DNA of 32,000 nt from Candidatus Nitrosopumilus koreensis AR1 (lineage in GTDB: Archaea > Thermoproteota > Nitrososphaeria > Nitrososphaerales > Nitrosopumilaceae): NCBI RefSeq assembly GCF_000299365.1, contig NC_018655.1, positions 150,001 to 182,000 of the forward strand. Direction: 5' to 3'. This document shows positions 1 through 8,174 of this stretch, one piece after another. Numbering within the stretch: position 1 is the first letter of the stretch; each line of letters opens with the position of its first letter. The notes under the pieces were generated by a model. It worked only from the letters and a program-made list of their open reading frames with translations, did not search any database and was not told the origin of the DNA. The translations under genes were made by a program, and so were the position numbers.

Positions 1-1332
1 CACACTGGAGCATTAATGGGTTCTGATGAAATTTATGATGCTCTTCTAAAACAATCTGGTGCAATCCGTGTTGATACAATGGAAGAATTATTTGATTATG
101 CAACAGCTTTCTCAAAACAACCACTGCCTTCAAGTGGTGATTTAGTTATTGTTTCAAATGCTGGTGGACCTGCAATTATCTCTACAGATGCATGTTCAAA
201 GGCTAACATTAAGATGGCTGATATTACAAATATCAGGAAAAAAATTGATGAGGTAATTCCTCCTTGGGGAAGTTCTAGAAATCCAGTAGACATTGTTGGT
301 GATGCTGATTTTAATAGATTCCATAATGTTTTGGATCGTGTATTAAAGCATCCAAAAGTTGGTTCTGTAATTTCCATGTGTACTCCTTCTGGTACGCTAA
401 ATTATGATAAACTTGCGGAAGTTATTGTTGATATGTCAAAAAAATACAAAAAAACAATGCTTGCAAGTTTGATGGGATTGGATGAAGGGATTACAAACAG
501 AGAAATTTTGGCTGCAGGAAATGTTCCATATTATACATATGCTGAAGGTGCAATCAGAACACTTGCTGCCATGATTAGGTTTTCTAACTGGGTCAAATCT
601 TCACCTGGTAAGATAACGAAATTTAAAGTAGACAAAACTAAAGCTAAAAAAATATTTGACAAAGTAAAAAAAGAGAAAAGACCAAATCTATTAGAAGAAG
701 AAGGTCAAGAAGTTCTCAAAGCATATGGTTTACCCCTTCCTAAAAGTGCACTTGCTAAAAATGAATCTGAAGCAGTAAAAATTGCAAAGCAAATTGGTTA
801 TCCTGTTGTAATGAAGATTGCATCTCCTCAAATTATTCATAAATCTGATGCAGGTGGTGTTAAAGTCAATTTAACAAATGATGCTGAAATTAAAGATGCT
901 TTCAAAACTATAGTCAAGAATGCAAAACAATACAACAAAAAAGCAGAGATCAAGGGCGTCTTGATTGTAGAGATGGTTAAAGGTGGCAAAGAATTAATCA
1001 TTGGTTCAAAACTAGAACCTGGATTCGGTTCCGTAATTATGCTGGGTATGGGCGGAATTTACGTTGAAGTTCTTAAAGATGTTACATTCAAACTTGCTCC
1101 AGTAACTGACAAAGAAGCAGATGATATGATAGCATCAATTAAAACTCAAAAACTCTTACAAGGAGTTAGAGGCGAAAAACCCTCTGACATTACAAAACTC
1201 TCTGAATGCATTCAGAGACTATCACAGCTAGTTTCTGACTTTAAAGAGATCAAAGAATTAGACATGAATCCTGTTCTTGTTATGGAAAAAGGAAAGGGAT
1301 GTCGAATTCTAGATGTACGAATAGGCATCTGA
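1..1332 (+). CDS. Acyl-CoA synthetase (ADP-forming), 3-hydroxypropionyl/4-hydroxybutyryl-CoA synthetase type; 5' end outside the window
   Basis: Reading frame is open from base 1 (H-T-G-A-L-M-G-S-D-E) through 1332. ATP-grasp region LLEEEGQEVLKAYGLPLPKSALAKNESEAVKIAKQIGYPVVMKIASPQIIHKSDAGGVKVNL is typical of NDP-forming acyl-CoA synthetases. Directly followed by 4-hydroxybutyryl-CoA dehydratase. Confidence 0.88.
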   Translation, partial: HTGALMGSDEIYDALLKQSGAIRVDTMEELFDYATAFSKQPLPSSGDLVIVSNAGGPAIISTDACSKANIKMADITNIRKKIDEVIPPWGSSRNPVDIVGDADFNRFHNVLDRVLKHPKVGSVISMCTPSGTLNYDKLAEVIVDMSKKYKKTMLASLMGLDEGITNREILAAGNVPYYTYAEGAIRTLAAMIRFSNWVKSSPGKITKFKVDKTKAKKIFDKVKKEKRPNLLEEEGQEVLKAYGLPLPKSALAKNESEAVKIAKQIGYPVVMKIASPQIIHKSDAGGVKVNLTNDAEIKDAFKTIVKNAKQYNKKAEIKGVLIVEMVKGGKELIIGSKLEPGFGSVIMLGMGGIYVEVLKDVTFKLAPVTDKEADDMIASIKTQKLLQGVRGEKPSDITKLSECIQRLSQLVSDFKEIKELDMNPVLVMEKGKGCRILDVRIGI

Positions 1333-1405
1333 TCGCCATTTATTCCTAAATTTGTGCAAGCGTAAATCTAGAATATTTATACAACATGAAACTGATTATT
1401 GTTAC

Positions 1406-2932
1406 ATGGCTAATGTCTTAAAGACAATTAGAACTGGTGATGATTATATTGAAAGCCTTAGAGGCCGAGATCTCAAAGTTTACCTTTTTGGTGAACTAGT
1501 TAAAGAACCAGTGGATCATCCTATGATCAGACCCTCAATTAATGCAGTTGCAGAAACTTATGATCTTGCAGTACGTGAAGAAGCACTAGCTTCTGCTGAC
1601 TCATCAATTACTGGACTTAAAGTAAATCGATTTTTACATATTGCAGAAAGCGCTGAAGATTTAGTTTTACAAAATAAAATGCAAAGAAAACTTGGTCAAA
1701 ATACTGGTACCTGTTTCCAAAGATGTGTTGGAATGGATGCCCTGAACTCTTTACACTCTACAACTTTTGAAATTGATGAAAAACATGGAACTGATTACCA
1801 TAAAAGATTTTTAGAATTTGTAAAAATGGTTCAAAAAGAAAATCTTGTAATTGGTGGTGCCATGACTGATCCTAAGGGAGATAGAAGTAAAGGACCATCA
1901 GAACAAGATGATCCTGATCTGTTTACACGTATTGTTGATACTGATGAAAAAGGAGTTTACGTTTCTGGGGCCAAAGCACATCAAACTGGATGCATAAATT
2001 CCCACTGGATAATTTTAATGCCAACTATTAGACTTACTGAAGCTGATAAAGATTGGGCAATTGTAGGTGCAATCCCTGCAGATGCAAAAGGAGTCACTTA
2101 CATTTACGGCAGGCAATCTTGTGATACTCGAAGTATGGAAGAAGGTGACATTGATGATGGTAATGCAAAATTTGGTGGTCAAGAAGCATTAATCATATTA
2201 GATCGAGTATTCATTCCATGGGATAAAATATTCATGCATGGGGAATATGAGTTTGCATCAATGCTTGTAGAACGTTTTACTTGTTATCATAGACGTAGTT
2301 ATGTATGCAAAACAGGTCTTGGTGATGTTCTAATTGGAGCTGCAGCTACCATTGCAGATTATAATGGTATTCCTAAAGTCTCACACATTAAAGACAAGAT
2401 TATTGAAATGACTCATCTCAATGAAACAATATTTGCTGCTGGTATTGCATCTTCTCATCAAGGACATAAGATGAAGTCTGGAGTTTATCTTAATGATGAT
2501 ATGCTTGCACAAGTTTGCAAACATAATGTCACACGATTCCCATATGAAATCAGTAGACTTGCACAAGATATTGCAGGTGGGTTGGTAGTTACTCTTCCAT
2601 CTGAAAAAGACTTCAGGCATCCAGAAGCCGGACCATTACTCAAAAAATATCTTGCTGGCAGAAAAGGTGTTGATGTTGAAAATAGAATGAGAATTTTAAG
2701 ATTAATTGAAAATATGACTTTGGGCAGAAATGCTGTTGGATATCTCACTGAATCAATGCATGGTGCAGGCTCTCCACAAGCACAGAGAATTCAAATTCAA
2801 AGACAAATGCAAGTAGGGTACAAAAAGAATCTTGCAAAGAATCTAGCAGGAATCACAAATGATGTTGAAGAACCTAAAGAATCTTCAGAATACTTTAAAC
2901 GAGTTTTCAAAACAAAGGATTCTGTTCTTTAA
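1406..2932 (+). CDS. abfD: 4-hydroxybutyryl-CoA dehydratase
   Basis: Whole-length family resemblance (RTGDDYIESLRGRDLKVYLFGELV, GTCFQRCVGMDALNSL, HKTGCINSHWI-like region, YHRRSYVCKTGLGD). The ATG at 1406 (MANVLKTIRTG) is preferred over the track start at 1352 because an AT-rich TATA-like stretch lies ~30 nt upstream. Confidence 0.93.
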   Translation: MANVLKTIRTGDDYIESLRGRDLKVYLFGELVKEPVDHPMIRPSINAVAETYDLAVREEALASADSSITGLKVNRFLHIAESAEDLVLQNKMQRKLGQNTGTCFQRCVGMDALNSLHSTTFEIDEKHGTDYHKRFLEFVKMVQKENLVIGGAMTDPKGDRSKGPSEQDDPDLFTRIVDTDEKGVYVSGAKAHQTGCINSHWIILMPTIRLTEADKDWAIVGAIPADAKGVTYIYGRQSCDTRSMEEGDIDDGNAKFGGQEALIILDRVFIPWDKIFMHGEYEFASMLVERFTCYHRRSYVCKTGLGDVLIGAAATIADYNGIPKVSHIKDKIIEMTHLNETIFAAGIASSHQGHKMKSGVYLNDDMLAQVCKHNVTRFPYEISRLAQDIAGGLVVTLPSEKDFRHPEAGPLLKKYLAGRKGVDVENRMRILRLIENMTLGRNAVGYLTESMHGAGSPQAQRIQIQRQMQVGYKKNLAKNLAGITNDVEEPKESSEYFKRVFKTKDSVL

Positions 2933-3026
2933 ATAAAAATTAACTGTAACATTTTGTTGTGACACTTTTTTTGTTTGAACATTTTATTTGAGATCATATA
3001 TTAATCACATATTTTCATAGTAACCA

Positions 3027-3941
3027 ATGACATATACAAAGAAAATCTTTCGTAAAACAACACTCATTCCGGTTCTATTAGCAATAGGATTCATGTTTAC
3101 AACTCCAATGCTTTTGGATGTTGCAGCAGCTCCTGGAGGTAATGGAAATGGAAATGGTGGTTCCACATCAATTCCTTCTGATGCATTACTTCCAGATATC
3201 TCACCTGGTGTTCCTAAACATCTTAATATTCATAATCAACAACAAAATGAATTTTTGAGATTTACAAATACATGGAACAATGTTGGTGTAGGTGCATTAG
3301 AATTTGAACCAGTTTTCCCAGATTCAGATGCTGTTGAAGGTACTACACAAGATGCATTCCAAAATCTATATGATGATGCAGGTAATTTTGCAATTCCTTC
3401 ACAAAAAATTTGGAGTACAACTGTTAGTGAGTTTATTTTCCATGAAACTCATAACCATTGGCACATTAGTGACATCGGAGAATTCTCGATCCGATCTGAT
3501 GATAACGGTGTCCCTGGTGAAATAGCTAAGAATGTTAATGGAGATGATGTTGCCGCTGTTAAAGTTGGATTTTGTATTGCTGATGTATACAAATACAATG
3601 GTGATAACTCTCCAACTTCCCAAAGAGTCTATTGGGATTGTGAAGTAGGTTTACAAGGAATCGCACCAGGTTGGGCTGATCAATATCATCAATCTGTCGA
3701 AGGAAACGAAATCAACATTACTGATCTTCCAAATGGAACTTACTTCCTAGTACACAAATGGAATCCTGCAAATGCATTTGTTGATGCAGATGTATCAAAC
3801 GATGAATCATGGATGAAATTTGATCTAACGGATGATGGAAATGGTAACAGAAAGATTGTTGAAATCGAAGGATTTGCTCCTGAATGTCAAGGTGATGGTT
3901 CTACACCTGGCATATGTGGCGAAATCAACAAAAACAACTAA
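3027..3941 (+). CDS. Secreted lysyl-oxidase-like copper protein
   Basis: N-terminal hydrophobic signal (LIPVLLAIGFMFTTPMLLDVAAA). FHETHNHWHISDIGEFSI matches the lysyl oxidase copper-binding His motif region, followed by FCIADVYKY...CEVGLQGIAPGWADQYHQSVEGNEINITDLPNGTYFLVHKWNP typical of PF01186. Confidence 0.8.
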   Translation: MTYTKKIFRKTTLIPVLLAIGFMFTTPMLLDVAAAPGGNGNGNGGSTSIPSDALLPDISPGVPKHLNIHNQQQNEFLRFTNTWNNVGVGALEFEPVFPDSDAVEGTTQDAFQNLYDDAGNFAIPSQKIWSTTVSEFIFHETHNHWHISDIGEFSIRSDDNGVPGEIAKNVNGDDVAAVKVGFCIADVYKYNGDNSPTSQRVYWDCEVGLQGIAPGWADQYHQSVEGNEINITDLPNGTYFLVHKWNPANAFVDADVSNDESWMKFDLTDDGNGNRKIVEIEGFAPECQGDGSTPGICGEINKNN

Positions 3942-4052
3942 TTTTTTTTCTTTTTTAATCAAAAACCCATGTTCATAAACAATTCTATTCTTTTGAAACT
4001 TATGATTTCTCAGGATCCTTTTTTAGTAATTTTTACGTAATTATATTACCAA

Positions 4053-4102
4053 GCAAACAGGACGATCTCATGCTATTTTTGGCATAATGTGAACCTGTTT
4101 GC
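4053..4102. terminator. Inverted repeat between two convergent genes; possible bidirectional terminator or small structured RNA
   Basis: GCAAACAGG (4053-4061) and CCTGTTTGC (4094-4102) form a perfect 9-bp inverted repeat. A nested ATGC (4070-4073)/GCAT (4082-4085) pair lies inside. Confidence 0.4.
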
Positions 4103-4119
4103 CTGAAATTTAGAAAAAT

Positions 4120-4827
4120 CTATTTTTTATATTCTTCTGATTTTCCATCTGATTTTGTAGATTCGTTTGATTCAGTTTCAGATGATTCTTCATTTTCTTT
4201 TGTTTCCTTTAGTTCTGTAGGTTCAGAATACTCTATGTCTTCTTCAATCTTATCAATATCTGATAATTCTTCAATCGTATCTGGGTTTTCTGAATCTAAA
4301 GGATCTGTAAATGATAATTCTTTTTCCTTTTTTCTTTTTGCTATTTGTTTGACAACCATTATTCCAATAACAATTGCAATAATGACATAATTGATGGGTG
4401 GTTTTAGTAATTGTGTGATGTATCCTACTTGTGGAAGAATATATGCTACTTTTCCAATGTATTCTTCTTCAGTAATTGGAAAGTCTGTTCCGGGTATTGA
4501 TGCTGGGTTTGCATCTCCTTTTGTTCGGATTGTTTTAGGATCATCATCTAAGATAGATGCAACTCTATGTACAATCACTCTATTGTGATCAGAAGGTCGA
4601 TTAAACACAATAATGTCCCCTACCTCGATTTCTTCAAATGGTTCATGCCCTTGAACAATTAACACATCATAAACTTCTAAAACAGGAATCATACTTCCAC
4701 TTGCAACCACATAAAATGGGTTTTGTGTTCCAAATGCAACTTGTAATCCAATCCAAATTACTAAAACACCTACTGCAACAATAACAACATCTTTGATAAT
4801 TCCTTTTGAAATAGACTTTTTTGCCAA
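4120..4827 (-). CDS. Signal peptidase I, archaeal/ER type (S26B)
   Basis: Catalytic Ser context FYVVASGSMIPVLEVYDVLIV, catalytic His context NRVIVHRVASI, TKGDANP box, two transmembrane segments, then a long acidic cytosolic tail. Confidence 0.9.
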   Translation of the reverse strand: MAKKSISKGIIKDVVIVAVGVLVIWIGLQVAFGTQNPFYVVASGSMIPVLEVYDVLIVQGHEPFEEIEVGDIIVFNRPSDHNRVIVHRVASILDDDPKTIRTKGDANPASIPGTDFPITEEEYIGKVAYILPQVGYITQLLKPPINYVIIAIVIGIMVVKQIAKRKKEKELSFTDPLDSENPDTIEELSDIDKIEEDIEYSEPTELKETKENEESSETESNESTKSDGKSEEYKK

Positions 4828-4867
4828 TTACATAATCGCCTATTATATCATTGATTAAATTTACTGG

Positions 4868-5611
4868 TTATTGCAGCGACGTTCCACATTCTTCGCAGAA
4901 TTTTGAACCTTCTTTATTTGAAAATCCACACTTTGAGCATTTACCTGGTGGGGCACTCTCTTCTGGATTTCCTAATAAGATGACTTCACCCACTTTTTTG
5001 ATATTTTTCCATGGGATACTGCCTTCAGTTCCATCATTTTGAGTAATTACTAGAACCATTGATTGTGTTGAATCAATTCCAACCTGTTTTGCAATCCCGA
5101 TTTTGTTAGCATTTTCATCATATACTGCTCTGCCTTCAATTGAACTTACTGATGTTGCAGGACCCGGTTGGGTAGATGTTTCCTGTGTAGGTTGCGTCTT
5201 AGGTTGTTCAATTTGTTGTGATGTTTCAACTTGTGGTGCTCTTTCTGTTTGTGGCTCTAATGGTTTTGCATTTCCTACATCTCCTGATTCATCTTGTTTG
5301 TTGAATTCTCGGTATTCTGCAATTGATGATTCACATGTATTGCAAATGTATTGACCTCTTTCTGCAAGAATCAAATTCTCTGCAACTTCTTCATTTGGAT
5401 TTTCAAATTCAATTTTTGGTGCTCCCTCAAATTCTTTTTCACAAGTATTGCAAAAATGTTTAGAAATTTTATCTGCATCTAATCTACCAATTGGTGCCAA
5501 AAACAAATCTGGACCTCCCAGATTCCCTTTCATTTGTTGTTCATCTGTTACACGGGCCATTACATAGCCCCCAGAACCTCTTAATTTTTTTATTCTAAGT
5601 TCTGAACTCAT
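4868..5611 (-). CDS. Hypothetical protein with C-terminal double zinc ribbon and an internal Cys-rich segment
   Basis: ORF with CNTCEKEF...CNTCESS and C-terminal CSKCGFSNKEGSKFCEECGTSLQ, joined by a Q/T/P/S-rich linker. Confidence 0.75.
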   Translation of the reverse strand: MSSELRIKKLRGSGGYVMARVTDEQQMKGNLGGPDLFLAPIGRLDADKISKHFCNTCEKEFEGAPKIEFENPNEEVAENLILAERGQYICNTCESSIAEYREFNKQDESGDVGNAKPLEPQTERAPQVETSQQIEQPKTQPTQETSTQPGPATSVSSIEGRAVYDENANKIGIAKQVGIDSTQSMVLVITQNDGTEGSIPWKNIKKVGEVILLGNPEESAPPGKCSKCGFSNKEGSKFCEECGTSLQ

Positions 5612-5726
5612 ATCTGGGTTTTACCAAAACGTCATTTAAGTATATATCAGAATTAATTTTCCTACCAAAAATATGGTGTTAATTCTGGTGAACATTTTTA
5701 GGTACGAATAACAAATCAACAATACA

Positions 5727-6053
5727 ATGGGAATAACGCAAATTTCTGATGCAAAGTCTTGGGAAGTTGATGTGATAAATTCTGACATCCCTGTATTTGT
5801 AGACTTTTGGGCTGAATGGTGTGGTCCGTGTAGAATGGTGGGCCCGGTAGTTGAAGAACTGGCAGCTGACTATGATGGCAAAGTAAAATTTGTCAAGGTT
5901 AATGTTGATGAGGCTAATGAATTAGCATCAAAATACAATGTTTTTAGTATTCCAACCTTGATTCTCCTTAACAAAGGTGAGATAGTTAGCCAGCAAGTAG
6001 GTGCTGCTTCTAAAGAATCATACAAAAATATGATTGATAGGGCATTAGCATAA
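5727..6053 (+). CDS. trxA: Thioredoxin
   Basis: VFVDFWAEWCGPCRMVGPVVEELA and SIPTLILLNKG motifs; 108 aa. Confidence 0.95.
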   Translation: MGITQISDAKSWEVDVINSDIPVFVDFWAEWCGPCRMVGPVVEELAADYDGKVKFVKVNVDEANELASKYNVFSIPTLILLNKGEIVSQQVGAASKESYKNMIDRALA

Positions 6054-6178
6054 ATTTCAAAACACGTTTTTCTTATTTTTTCATACTATAATTTTCTAAA
6101 AACTTACAATTTCTATTGTTTGTTTATTTTTGAAAAATTTGATAAATGAATAAAAGCACACTTCTGAGAGTAGTTTAG

Positions 6179-6250
6179 GGGCCGGTGGTTTAGGGGTATA
6201 ATGCCTCGTTCGCAACGAGGATGTCGAGGGTTCGATTCCCTCCCGGTCCA
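6179..6250 (+). tRNA. tRNA-Ala (CGC)
   Basis: Cloverleaf drawn by hand. Acceptor GGGCCGG/CCGGTCC with a G3:U70 pair (Ala identity). Anticodon arm CCTCG-TTCGCAA-CGAGG gives anticodon CGC. T arm GAGGG-TTCGATT-CCCTC. Confidence 0.95.
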
Positions 6251-6293
6251 CTTTTCCAGAAACTATTATACATAAACACCGAATATTATCTTC

Positions 6294-6653
6294 ATGGAAG
6301 TATTTGATGGCAAAAAAGCAGCACAAGAATACATGTCAAAACACACTTTGGCGTTTTCAACTCCAGAGCTAACTCTTATGAGGTTTGCATTTTGGTTAGG
6401 AGATTCTGTTCCAGATCCAAACAATGAAGGAAAAGGTATTCCAAGAATGATGACCTTTTTAACCGAGCAAGATTTTGAACCTGTTTTAATTGATGATGAA
6501 AAATACGAACCATCAGGAGCAGTTAAGAGCTCTGGATTAATGGGAAATGCCTATACTGAACAAAAAACTGATGGAAAGTTTTGTTCAGAATGTGGTACTA
6601 GCCTTTCAGCAACCGCAAAGTTTTGTCCTGAATGTGGAACAACACAAGAATAA
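6294..6653 (+). CDS. Small hypothetical protein with C-terminal double zinc ribbon
   Basis: 119-aa ORF ending FCSECGTSLSATAKFCPECGTTQE. Confidence 0.75.
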   Translation: MEVFDGKKAAQEYMSKHTLAFSTPELTLMRFAFWLGDSVPDPNNEGKGIPRMMTFLTEQDFEPVLIDDEKYEPSGAVKSSGLMGNAYTEQKTDGKFCSECGTSLSATAKFCPECGTTQE

Positions 6654-6667
6654 ACTAATTTTTTATT

Positions 6668-7207
6668 TTATGCTTTAGTTCCACACTTTGTACAGAACTT
6701 TGCATTTGGTCTTAGTTCTGCACCACATGAAGAACACCCATTTCCATTATTTTGTGGGGCAGTTTGTCTTGGCATAAGTGATGGATCTGGTGATGGTAAT
6801 GTGCCGACATTGTTGAATGATTCTTGTGCAGATACAATTCCTGGCGGCCCTCCGCCTACTGGATTCTGTGCAGTTCCTGCCCTTGGTGGCATGTTGCCTG
6901 GCATACCTCCTGCCATTGTTCCTGGTTGTCCCATACCTGGCATTAAACCGGGTGATTGTGTACTTCCAGAACCTGAACCCATTGATTTTTTTAGTTCAAA
7001 AATTACTTTGATTGCTAAAAACTCTAATGCAGAATATGCTACCGTATAATCTCCTAATTTTTGGAAGAACTCTTTGTCACTTATCTGACCTTTCTTGTAC
7101 ATGTTGTTAGTATCAAGAAAGGATTCATAGTATCCCTGTGATTCATCAAACAAACTTTGGAGTTTGTCAAATAACATGTTTAGTGTGTCAACTTCTCCAA
7201 ATGACAT
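6668..7207 (-). CDS. Hypothetical protein: helical N-terminus, Gly/Pro/Met-rich linker, C-terminal zinc ribbon
   Basis: 179-aa ORF with linker GSGSGSTQSPGLMPGMGQPGTMAGGMPGNMPPRAG and C-terminus CSSCGAELRPNAKFCTKCGTKA. Confidence 0.75.
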   Translation of the reverse strand: MSFGEVDTLNMLFDKLQSLFDESQGYYESFLDTNNMYKKGQISDKEFFQKLGDYTVAYSALEFLAIKVIFELKKSMGSGSGSTQSPGLMPGMGQPGTMAGGMPGNMPPRAGTAQNPVGGGPPGIVSAQESFNNVGTLPSPDPSLMPRQTAPQNNGNGCSSCGAELRPNAKFCTKCGTKA

Positions 7208-7278
7208 ACTCTGCTTCGGTTTTTGGAATATTAATTACTTTAGGATCTAAACTTGACTAAATATTGATTTTCTCAGAG

Positions 7279-7365
7279 AAAAAAGCAGTCTCCTTTGCTA
7301 TGGAGACTCTGTAATGTATTAACTAGTTTATGTGAGCTTTTGGGCCCCCAGCTAACACCGCGAGA
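7279..7365 (-). ncRNA. Candidate small RNA, minus strand (hypothesis)
   Basis: Minus strand has TATAATAT at 7383-7390, about 25 nt upstream of a GC-rich block containing AGC-TGG...CCA-GCT. It ends in a perfect 7-bp stem AGTCTCC/GGAGACT (7287-7293/7302-7308) followed by a T6 tract. No ORF explains it. Confidence 0.3.
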
Positions 7366-7530
7366 TGTCTCTGACTCAATGAATATTATACTGTCAAGTC
7401 TTTGTTAAAAAATCAGAGTCAAAAAGAATCACTTTTTACTAAATCTTTTTTGGTAATTTCTTAATATTCTACTTTGTCTTCTAAAAATTAATCATAAACA
7501 ATATTTGTCCTGCTGTTCAAAGCAATATTG

Positions 7531-7816
7531 ATGATCAAAAATATAGTGATAACTATAGTCTGTATTGTTTCAATAACTTCTATTGTTGTATTCTTTGTTC
7601 CATTAGTAGATGAATTTGAAACATTCAATTGTATTACGACTCCCTGTGAAATGCCAAAAAATCACCATCTTTGAATCCTTTCAAAAACAGTATTCTGTGA
7701 TTAACAGTTTTGAAGAATGTATGTCTGCTGGTAATCCTGTTATGGAATCCCATCCACGACAATGTAGAACAATTGATGGAAAACACTTTGTTGAGAAAAT
7801 AGATTCTTCACAATAA
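7531..7816 (+). pseudogene. Small membrane-anchored protein with SFEEC...PRQCRT domain, apparently split by a +1 frameshift
   Basis: Frame 1 (7531-7674) encodes MIKNIVITIVCIVSITSIVVFFVPLVDEFETFNCITTPCEMPKNHHL*. The conserved-looking domain SVINSFEECMSAGNPVMESHPRQCRTIDGKHFVEKI is in frame 2 (track ORF 7610-7816). Removing one A from the A6 run at 7656-7661 fuses them. Confidence 0.45.
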
Positions 7817-8080
7817 TTATGTCATCACTGTAACTTCTTTTTCTGACATTCCACCATATCCCGGGTCTATCTTTTGTTTTGGATTTAATGATGTATCATG
7901 ATGGCATGGTTTGTTACAAACTGGGCAAAATTTTCTATCCATTACAATACATTGACATATGTGGTTTTTTACATAAGCTTGTGCAGCTTGATTCCATTCT
8001 CCTGTGCCGTTACAGTACACACATACATTTGAACCACTAGAACCCACTCCTTTGCAAAAGTCACATACATCTTCTGTCAT
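7817..8080 (-). CDS. Small Cys-rich protein with DnaJ-type CxxCxGxG zinc motifs
   Basis: CDFCKGVGSSGSNVCVYCNGTGEW...CQCIVMDRKFCPVCNKPC. Confidence 0.75.
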   Translation of the reverse strand: MTEDVCDFCKGVGSSGSNVCVYCNGTGEWNQAAQAYVKNHICQCIVMDRKFCPVCNKPCHHDTSLNPKQKIDPGYGGMSEKEVTVMT

Positions 8081-8174
8081 ATCTATTATTGTGATAAGCT
8101 GGTTTTTGAATCAATATATTTGAAAAGATTGACCATCTCAACGCATAATAGACTGCAGGCAATAAAATTTTCAG

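Noticed and set aside
6801-7049. Plus-strand ORFs opposite the zinc-ribbon gene (82 aa and 64 aa)
   Set aside because: Antisense shadows of the Gly/Pro/Met-rich linker region; no independent support.
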